From NCBI GenBank assembly GCA_017460085.1, contig JAFUBQ010000007.1:1046-65045 (forward strand): a DNA stretch of 64,000 nucleotides, written 5' to 3'. Made by a program: the position numbers and the translations under genes. The stretch is from Alphaproteobacteria bacterium (lineage in GTDB: Bacteria > Pseudomonadota > Alphaproteobacteria > RF32 > CAG-239). How positions within the stretch are numbered: position 1 is the first letter of the stretch; each line of letters opens with the position of its first letter. The notes beneath the pieces are model-generated. The model did no database searches. It was not told the DNA's origin and saw only the letters and a list, made by a program, of their open reading frames with translations. Below, piece by piece: positions 50,552 to 57,461 of this stretch.

Positions 50552-51049
50552 ATGAAACAACTTAAATTTTATAAATTTTTATGCCACGCATTATGCAGCG
50601 GATTTGGTGTTGGCTACTGTCCTATTGCATCGGGAACAGCCGGTTCATTAGAAACATTGCCTTTTGCTTTTTTAGTTGCATATTTTTATGGATTTTGTGG
50701 TATTATGGCTGCCACGGCAGTTAGCTTTGTTATTGGTGTAATTGCCAGTAAAGAAGTTTTGAAATATACCAGGCATGACCCTTCGCTGATTATTATTGAT
50801 GAAGTTGCCGGCCAATTGTTGAGTTTTGCTTTGGTTGCCAATGCCTTAATTGGCAATTTACATGCTTGGTGGACTTATATTATCGGATTTGGATTGTTTC
50901 GTTTGTTTGATATAACTAAACCGCAGCCGGCCAAATTTTTTGACGCCAAAGTTCTTAATGCTTGGGGCGTTATGCTTGATGACATTGCTGCCGGAATATA
51001 TGCAGCAATTGTTCTGTATATTATCCAATTATATTTGCCGATTTTATAG
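50552..51049 (+). CDS. pgpA: Phosphatidylglycerophosphatase A
   Basis: GVGYCPIASGTAGS, HDPSLIIIDEVAGQ, FRLFDITKP, GVMLDDIAAG. Confidence 0.93.
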   Translation: MKQLKFYKFLCHALCSGFGVGYCPIASGTAGSLETLPFAFLVAYFYGFCGIMAATAVSFVIGVIASKEVLKYTRHDPSLIIIDEVAGQLLSFALVANALIGNLHAWWTYIIGFGLFRLFDITKPQPAKFFDAKVLNAWGVMLDDIAAGIYAAIVLYIIQLYLPIL

Positions 51050-51050
51050 C

Positions 51051-51743
51051 TTAAAAATATTTCCACACTATGCTGCAACCATTGGTTGAACCGCAACCGC
51101 AAGCAATTGCCGCTTGCGCCTTAGTGATAGGGAGATTAGATTTTTGCCCGCCCGCACATGCAATCATCAAACCTTGTGAGGCATTTTTTCCATCACAACT
51201 TGCACCGTTTTTCTGAAATTGAATCTCAGTAATATCGGCAACGCTTTCAACCGTAGATTCTGAAGCTGATTTTTTAGTTGTACCACTCACTTTAATCCCC
51301 ATAAGTCCGGAAGAACCTGCCCCCCAATCGTTGCTTGCTAAGGCGACACATGCACTACGCGACAATCCAGTAAATTCCAGCAAAAATGTTTTTTTATCAT
51401 TCTTAATTTTTGAAACACCCTGCCCAATATTTCCGCTGCCAATATAAACATCTCCGCCAAAAATATTTGTTAATTTTCCTTCACTGTTCTTATCAACCAT
51501 TTCTTGCGGAACAATTTCAGATTTTACGGCAGAAAGATTATTCAAACCATTATATGAAGTTTGTTGCAAATATAGAGTGCGAATATTGGCCACGATTGAT
51601 GTAATTTGTTTTTCCGTTTCATTCAACCTGTATCTGTTCATCGCCTTAGTATAACCGGCAATTCCGCCAACCGTTAAAACCCCTATAATCGCCAGCACAC
51701 CGAGCATTTCAATCATTGAACGGCCATATTCATTCATCTTCAT
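51051..51743 (-). CDS. Type IV pilin-like protein
   Basis: Short leader, G|RSMIEMLGVLAIIG class III signal-like segment with Glu at +5, NIFGG, C-terminal Cys pairs. Confidence 0.85.
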   Translation of the reverse strand: MKMNEYGRSMIEMLGVLAIIGVLTVGGIAGYTKAMNRYRLNETEKQITSIVANIRTLYLQQTSYNGLNNLSAVKSEIVPQEMVDKNSEGKLTNIFGGDVYIGSGNIGQGVSKIKNDKKTFLLEFTGLSRSACVALASNDWGAGSSGLMGIKVSGTTKKSASESTVESVADITEIQFQKNGASCDGKNASQGLMIACAGGQKSNLPITKAQAAIACGCGSTNGCSIVWKYF

Positions 51744-51865
51744 TAAATTTTCTTTCTAATATTTATTGCCTATAAATAAAGACGTAGCAAAATTTGCCGT
51801 TTAAGTCAATATAAAATACGATATATTACTTTTGGCTGGAATAAAATGAAAAAATATTTTCGGTT

Positions 51866-52879
51866 TTATTGTTTAATACGTTGCGGCATTTTATTTTTAT
51901 GTCCGCCATAGCCTTGCCCGACTTTACGTCCTATAGCAGCAATTTTTGCCCCAATGCAAGTTCGACAGTGTAAAGGTGTATCATCAACACAAGCTTTACC
52001 TGGATATAATTCATAAAGCCGGCGATATTCCCCTTCTGTCACATTAGGCATCACCACATTTGCACCACCTTTAAGCGCCATAATTCTTCCTTGCGGGTGT
52101 AAGCTTTCCATGGCTGTTGTTGCCGGAATATTAATATCTTCCAATAATAGGCGCATAATTGCCATAGTACGCAAAGATAAGTGTAAATTATTACCACCGG
52201 CGTTTTTAAGCGGTGTCTGCGGATGCGGTATAAATGGACCTATACCTGCCATATCAACACCGATTTCTTTTAAATATAGCAAATCTTCGGCTATAGATTC
52301 AACACTCTGATTCGGTAAGCCGACCATAATGCCTGAACCTAGCTCATAACCAAGTTCTTTAATCATCAGCAAACATTCATGCCTATGCTGCCAGCTCATA
52401 CCGGGGTCTAAGCGGTTATACAAGTCTTTATCGGTTGTTTCAATACGCATTAAATAGCGGTCTGCGCCTGCCTCTCGAAAAGCCTTATATTCAGCATAGT
52501 CACGCTCTCCGATACTCAGCGTTAGCGCCACATCATATTTTTTAATACCTTCAATAATTTTGCACATACGCTGCTGGGAATAATACATATCTTCACCCGA
52601 CTGCAAAACCAGTGTTTTGAAGCCCATATCAATAGCTTGCTTGGCTGTATGCAACAGTTCTTCTTCACTCATATGGTAGCGCGCCAATTTCTTATTGTTT
52701 CGCTGCAAACCGCAATATTGGCAATTATTACGACAAATATTGGAAAACTCTATAAGCCCGCGCAAATGCACTTCATCGCCCACAAATTGATGCCGAACCT
52801 CATCGGCGCGGCGCAATAAATTGGCCTCATTTTCCTCGTTTTGCAGCAATTCTGTAATTTGTGCTTTGCTTAAATTCAT
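51866..52879 (-). CDS. hydE: [FeFe]-hydrogenase maturase HydE (radical SAM)
   Basis: RGLIEFSNICRNNCQYC, VLQSGED, LSIGER, GIGPFIPHPQTP, PATTA, GANVVMPN..YELYPGK. Confidence 0.92.
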   Translation of the reverse strand: MNLSKAQITELLQNEENEANLLRRADEVRHQFVGDEVHLRGLIEFSNICRNNCQYCGLQRNNKKLARYHMSEEELLHTAKQAIDMGFKTLVLQSGEDMYYSQQRMCKIIEGIKKYDVALTLSIGERDYAEYKAFREAGADRYLMRIETTDKDLYNRLDPGMSWQHRHECLLMIKELGYELGSGIMVGLPNQSVESIAEDLLYLKEIGVDMAGIGPFIPHPQTPLKNAGGNNLHLSLRTMAIMRLLLEDINIPATTAMESLHPQGRIMALKGGANVVMPNVTEGEYRRLYELYPGKACVDDTPLHCRTCIGAKIAAIGRKVGQGYGGHKNKMPQRIKQ

Positions 52880-52897
52880 CTGAAAAAAGCTCCTAAA

Positions 52898-52920
52898 AGA
52901 AAACCGCTGAAATTCAGCGG
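52898..52920 (-). terminator. Terminator after tRNA-Arg
   Basis: CCGCTGAA-T-TTCAGCGG hairpin followed by TTTTCTTTT on the minus strand. Confidence 0.7.
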
Positions 52921-52933
52921 TCCATAAAGGAAA

Positions 52934-53010
52934 TGGCGCGCTCCGGGCGATTCGAACGCCCGACCCACAGCTTAGAAGGCTGTTGCTCTATCCAACTGAG
53001 CTAGGAGCGC
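52934..53010 (-). tRNA. tRNA-Arg (anticodon TCT)
   Basis: GCGCTCC/GGAGCGC acceptor stem, ACAGC-CTTCTAA-GCTGT anticodon arm, TTCGAAT T loop, encoded CCA. Confidence 0.97.
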
Positions 53011-53142
53011 AGCAAACAATATGTTAATTGCCACATTTTTTTGTGCTTGTCAATAAATTTTTATCATTCTGCTCTAGCAACTAAAATTTATGTTTTCGCT
53101 AGAGAAAAAAAATACCTGCCGCAACACGACAGGTATTTTTTT

Positions 53143-53460
53143 TTATAAACATTTACGACATATTGTCATATTTAATATGTCATAAAACTTATGTCCATCA
53201 ACATGCTCAGTTATTGTAACCAAAATGTGATGTCCAACTTTCATCAAAGCCAGTTCTCGGGCAACGGCGCAAGATAGGGCCTTACCCTGAATAGGAATCT
53301 TTATGAGCGTGTTAACGGCAGATGTCTGCGGTTTGTTCATTTCTACACCATCAGTCATCATCAAGGTCTGACTGTTAACCTCTATGTTAAGCTGCGCAAC
53401 TCCGTCACACAGCGACACATGACGAGCAATGCCGTCATAAATAATAACATTTTTTTTCAT
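53143..53460 (-). CDS. Hypothetical 105-aa protein
   Basis: ORF followed by the terminator hairpin ATACCTG..CAGGTAT; beta-rich; no family recognised. Confidence 0.6.
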   Translation of the reverse strand: MKKNVIIYDGIARHVSLCDGVAQLNIEVNSQTLMMTDGVEMNKPQTSAVNTLIKIPIQGKALSCAVARELALMKVGHHILVTITEHVDGHKFYDILNMTICRKCL

Positions 53461-53608
53461 AATTGTATGTTTTTATGTCAGTTTACATTATTATTTTTAT
53501 TTTGTCAATAAATATTTTTTTATCGTAATAGCAAAATAAAATTTCATAATTTATAAAGGACTTTAATTTAGAATGGAGTGCAATGTAAATAGAAAAAGGA
53601 GAATGTTT

Positions 53609-54982
53609 ATGCCCGTTTTAGCTGCAGTTGCCGTGCCGCATCCGCCGCTCATTTTACCGGCGGTTGGCAAAGGTGAAGAACAAAAAATTGCCCGCACCAT
53701 CAGTGCTTATCGCCAAGCAATGAAATTTCTGAGTGCATATAAGCCGGATACGGTAATTATCACCAGCCCGCACGCACCGCTTTATGCCGACTATTTTCAC
53801 GTCTCCGGCGGAGAACGCGCCACCGGCGATATGATGCGTTTTAATGCGCCGTTTACCAAATTAACCGCTGAATATGACACCGAATTTGTGCGCGAATTGG
53901 AACAACAGTGCGAAGCGCTGCATTTTCCGTGCGGCACCAAAGGCGCAGATGACGGCACACTCGACCACGCCACTTTTATCCCGCTCTATTTTTTGAACGA
54001 AGTTTATCAAAATTATAAAGTTGTGCGAATTGGTATTTCCGGTTTAAGTTTGCTGCACCACTATGATTTGGGGCGAATTATCACTGCTGTTGCCAACAAA
54101 CTTAACCGGCGAATTGCCATTATTGCCAGCGGCGATTTATCTCACAAACTGTTAGCAGAGGGGCCATATGGATTCGCTCCCGAAGGACCTTTGTATGACC
54201 GCAAAATTACCACCGCATTAAATGTGGCGGATTTTGCCACCATGCTGGAAATGCCACCGGAATTATGTGATAACGCAGCCGAATGCGGGCATCGCTCGTT
54301 TGTAATTATGGCCGGAACATTAGACGGTATGTCGGTTAAAAGTGAGCTGCTTTCATATGAAGGACCGTTTGGTGTCGGTTATGGCGTGGCAAAGTTTGAA
54401 ATTGTCGGCACCGATAAAAACCGCTTTTTCGGCGCGCAGCATTTGGCAAAATTAGCCATGTTACGAAATGCCGAAGACCCTTATGTGCATTTGGCGCGGC
54501 AAACGGTGGAACATTTTGTTAAAACCGGTAAAGCGCCGGAAACGGTTGATGCTTTGCCGGAAGAATTACTTAATCAGCGAGCCGGTGCTTTTGTTTCGCT
54601 CAAAAAACACGGGCAGCTGCGCGGCTGCATCGGCACCACACAAGCAACACAAGCCTCATTAGCACTGGAAATTGTGCAAAACGCCATTTCCGCTTGTTCG
54701 CGCGACCCGCGGTTTAAGCCGGTTCGGCCGGAAGAGTTAAGTGAATTGGAATATAGTGTTGATGTGCTTGCACCGGCTGAACCGGTGAAAGACGAAAAAG
54801 AGCTTGATGCCAAAAAATATGGTGTGATTGTGCGCAAAGACAGTCGGCAAGGTTTGTTGCTGCCTGATTTGGAAGGGGTGAATACACCAGCCGAGCAAAT
54901 TGCTATTGCCAAGCAAAAAGCCGGCATTGCGCCGGAAGAAGAAGTTGAGCTGTGGCGCTTTGAGGTGGTGCGACACAAATAA
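53609..54982 (+). CDS. amrA: AmmeMemoRadiSam system protein A fused to a LigB/Memo-like N-terminal domain
   Basis: N-terminal PHPP, SPH, DH, ASGDLSH, ECG, YEGPFGVGY; C-terminal GAFVSL..LRGCIGT, DPRF, GLLLPDL (AMMECR1 motifs). Confidence 0.88.
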   Translation: MPVLAAVAVPHPPLILPAVGKGEEQKIARTISAYRQAMKFLSAYKPDTVIITSPHAPLYADYFHVSGGERATGDMMRFNAPFTKLTAEYDTEFVRELEQQCEALHFPCGTKGADDGTLDHATFIPLYFLNEVYQNYKVVRIGISGLSLLHHYDLGRIITAVANKLNRRIAIIASGDLSHKLLAEGPYGFAPEGPLYDRKITTALNVADFATMLEMPPELCDNAAECGHRSFVIMAGTLDGMSVKSELLSYEGPFGVGYGVAKFEIVGTDKNRFFGAQHLAKLAMLRNAEDPYVHLARQTVEHFVKTGKAPETVDALPEELLNQRAGAFVSLKKHGQLRGCIGTTQATQASLALEIVQNAISACSRDPRFKPVRPEELSELEYSVDVLAPAEPVKDEKELDAKKYGVIVRKDSRQGLLLPDLEGVNTPAEQIAIAKQKAGIAPEEEVELWRFEVVRHK

Positions 54983-54984
54983 GC

Positions 54985-55012
54985 AAAAGGTGGTAACATT
55001 GCTGCTACCACC
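54985..55012 (-). terminator. Minus-strand terminator of the small-peptide gene
   Basis: GGTGGTAGCA-GCAA-TGTTACCACC (10 bp, GNRA loop, one G-U) plus TTTT on the minus strand. Confidence 0.75.
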
Positions 55013-55018
55013 CCATTC

Positions 55019-55081
55019 TTATCGTTTAATTGACAAGAAAATTCGGAGTTTCCGAATAACAATAATAATCCTTATTATCAT
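55019..55081 (-). CDS. 20-aa hydrophobic/basic peptide MIIRIIIVIRKLRIFLSIKR (candidate type I toxin)
   Basis: GAAAGG SD 7 nt upstream, terminator 6 nt downstream, minus-strand TTGACA-N17-TATAAA promoter at 55274-55246. Not in the ORF track. Confidence 0.6.
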   Translation of the reverse strand: MIIRIIIVIRKLRIFLSIKR

Positions 55082-55172
55082 TATTATACCTTTCATAATA
55101 TTGAAAGGGGAAAAACCGCGCATACATTTAAAAACACTTGACAGTGATTTAAATATGTGCTATCATCAACCC

Positions 55173-55248
55173 AGAAATTGGTTAAAGAACGGTTTAACCC
55201 CTTTCGAAGTTGAAAATATGTCCGGTGTCGTGAACCGGACTATTTTTT
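55173..55248 (+). ncRNA. Candidate ~75-nt antisense sRNA (antitoxin-like)
   Basis: TTGACA (55138)-N17-TATCAT (55161) promoter with extended TG, GGTTAAA/TTTAACC hairpin, GTCCGGT/ACCGGAC terminator plus T run. Confidence 0.65.
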
Positions 55249-55365
55249 ATATTATAATAAATTTTCTTTGTCAAACCAAAATAAAACACTAGCTTTTGCA
55301 AAATCCTCTATTGATTTTTATAAAGATGATTTGTATCATAAGCGTGAAAACGAGGAGAAAATGTA

Positions 55366-55806
55366 ATGATTACACAAAACAGATGGCAGCATATTTTAGG
55401 TGTGGCACGAAAGGCTAAAGTGCTGGCGGAAAAGTTGAAGCCGGATAATGCACAATATGCTGAAGATATGTTTTTGCTTGGGGTGATGCATGATTTAGGC
55501 TATGAATTTATGGAAAGCAACGCTTCTCATGCGGCAGTCGGCGGAAAAATATTAAAACGCAATAATTATCAATATTGGCAGGAGGTGGCTTTGCATGGCG
55601 ATGAAACAGTAGAAAATATGTCTGATGAGCTATTTATTTTAAATTGTGCCGATATGATGACAGGCCCCAACGGCGAAGATTTTACTTTTGAAGAAAGGTT
55701 GGAAGAAATTGCCGGCCGCTTCGGCAAAGATACCGCACCGTATCAAAAATGCGTGATTGAAGTGCAGAAGTTAAAAGCCGATGAAAGATATAAAAGGTTA
55801 AAATGA
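55366..55806 (+). CDS. HD-domain phosphohydrolase
   Basis: RWQHILGV, MHDLGY, HA, LH and CAD motifs; GAGGAG SD. Confidence 0.82.
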   Translation: MITQNRWQHILGVARKAKVLAEKLKPDNAQYAEDMFLLGVMHDLGYEFMESNASHAAVGGKILKRNNYQYWQEVALHGDETVENMSDELFILNCADMMTGPNGEDFTFEERLEEIAGRFGKDTAPYQKCVIEVQKLKADERYKRLK

Positions 55807-56123
55807 AATTTTGCAAATTAGAAATATTTATTCCGCAGTCACATTTAGATGTTTTGCAAAAAGCATTACAAAATGTTGATGCCGGACATATCGGAAATTA
55901 TGATTCGTGCTTATCATACAGCGAAGTTATCGGCACATGGCGGCCGCTTAAAAATGCCCAACCATATTCGGGAAAGCTAAATGAAATCAGTCAGGAAAAA
56001 GAACTTAAAGTTGAAGTGCGAGTTTCAGAGCAAAATTTGCAACAAACATTGCAAGCTATAAAGTCTGTTCACCCTTATGAAGAACCTGTCATTAACATTA
56101 TTCCTTTATTAAATGAGGTATAA
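55803..56123 (+). CDS. Nif3/YqfO PII-like insert-domain protein
   Basis: KLEIFIP, AGHIGNYDSC, GTWRP, EVRV, HPYEEP. Confidence 0.85.
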   Translation: MKFCKLEIFIPQSHLDVLQKALQNVDAGHIGNYDSCLSYSEVIGTWRPLKNAQPYSGKLNEISQEKELKVEVRVSEQNLQQTLQAIKSVHPYEEPVINIIPLLNEV

Positions 56124-56125
56124 AA

Positions 56126-56629
56126 ATGCCAACCTATTTAATCATCGGCAATATTTTTTCATTATTATCGGCAATTTGCATTGCGGTTTCAGTGGTTAAA
56201 AAGAGCAAAAAATCTTTAATCGGGTGGCAAATTTTTGATGTGATATTTTGCATATTATCAAATATTGCTCTTTACACATATGCGGCGCTAACCACTAATT
56301 TTATTTCCTTAATCCGTAATATTTTGGCCTATAACAATAAATTAAGCAAAAACATGACATGGTTTTTATTGATTTTATGCATCGTTGCCGGTTTATGGGC
56401 TAACAATCGCGGTATTATCGGTCTGTTTCCCGTTATAGCTTCCGCCGAATATACCCTTCTGATGTATATTACCAAAAATGAACAACAAATGCGCTGGGCG
56501 CTGATGATAAATTTGTTTTTATGGCTCATTCACGATTTTTATGTGCAAGCATATCCCTCTGCTATTACTGATTTAGCGTTAGGTATTTGGATTTTCGTGC
56601 AAATCTATTGCAATAAAAAGAAGAGTTAG
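56126..56629 (+). CDS. YgjV-like inner membrane protein
   Basis: Multiple TM helices; ISLIRN, LFPVIAS, LWLIHD pattern. Confidence 0.65.
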   Translation: MPTYLIIGNIFSLLSAICIAVSVVKKSKKSLIGWQIFDVIFCILSNIALYTYAALTTNFISLIRNILAYNNKLSKNMTWFLLILCIVAGLWANNRGIIGLFPVIASAEYTLLMYITKNEQQMRWALMINLFLWLIHDFYVQAYPSAITDLALGIWIFVQIYCNKKKS

Positions 56630-56701
56630 TATACCAAAGGTGGTATTTATCTTCTGTATTAAACTCATATTTTATTATCCTCAAAACTTCCGTTACAACA
56701 A

Positions 56702-56749
56702 AAAAGCCACCCTAAGAGGTGGCTTTGATTGGTAGGCGCTGAGAGGTTC
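56702..56749 (-). repeat. Duplicated tRNA-Val 3' end plus terminator (att-like direct repeat)
   Basis: 48-bp copy of 57253-57300 with one mismatch. Confidence 0.9.
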
Positions 56750-56750
56750 T

Positions 56751-57214
56751 TCTTGCTCCGTAAGCTCGCGCCTTAAGCGCTTGCTATACTTTGCTTCGGT
56801 CACTCGGTTGCAAGTTGTTCGCTGCGCGTCGCTTGCGCTAGCTTGCTTACAAGCAACCTTCGCCTGTCGTCATAAAACAAGCATTCAGCTTGTTTTATTT
56901 CCTCCTCTTGCTCCGTAAGCTCGCGCCTTAAGCGCTTGCTATACTTTGCTTCGGTCACTTGGTTGCAAGTTGTTCGCTGCGCGTCGCTTGCGCTAGCTTG
57001 CTTACAAGCAACCCTCGCCTGTCGTCATAAAACAAGCATTTAGCTTGTTTTATTTCCTCCTCTTGCTCCGTAAGCTCGCGCCTTAAGCGCTTGCTAACTA
57101 CGCTTCGGTCACTCGGTTGTAAGTTGTTCGCTGCGCGTCGCTTACGCTAGCTTGTTTACAAGCAACCTTCGCCTGTCGTCATAAAACAAGCATTCAGCTT
57201 GTTTTATTTCCTCC
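56751..57214. repeat. Three tandem ~155-bp palindrome-rich repeats
   Basis: Units begin TCTTGCTCCG at 56751, 56906 and 57061 and are near-identical; each has the ATAAAACAAGC/GCTTGTTTTAT hairpin. Confidence 0.95.
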
Positions 57215-57280
57215 AGCTCCCTTTGGTCGTTCGAACCTTTTATACATATAACAAAAGCCACCCTAAGAGGTGGCTTTGAT

Positions 57281-57356
57281 TGGTGGGCGCTGAGAGGTTC
57301 GAACTCCCGACCCTCTCGGTGTAAACGAGATGCTCTTCCAGCTGAGCTAAGCGCCC
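57281..57356 (-). tRNA. tRNA-Val (anticodon TAC)
   Basis: GGGCGCT/AGCGCCC acceptor stem, TCTCG-TTTACAC-CGAGA anticodon arm, TTCGAAC T loop, encoded CCA. Confidence 0.97.
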
Positions 57357-57461
57357 ATCACGTTTTACAAAAGCTGTTATATACGCAAAATTTTTATAAA
57401 TCAAGTGTTTTTTTAAATTATTTTTATTTTTTTTATCTTACTTCAAAAAAATTGTCGTTTT

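Noticed and set aside
51866-52879. Biotin synthase BioB
   Set aside because: The YELYPGK, GIGPFIPHP and PATTA motifs fit HydE.
54900-55292. 130-aa plus-strand ORF
   Set aside because: It overlaps the amrA end and runs through promoters and terminators; the minus-strand peptide plus sRNA explain the region better.
52934-56629. Integrated island bounded by tRNA-Arg
   Set aside because: No duplicated tRNA-Arg end and no integrase were seen.
56751-57214. CRISPR array
   Set aside because: The units are contiguous 155-bp near-identical copies with no unique spacers, and there are no cas genes in the window.
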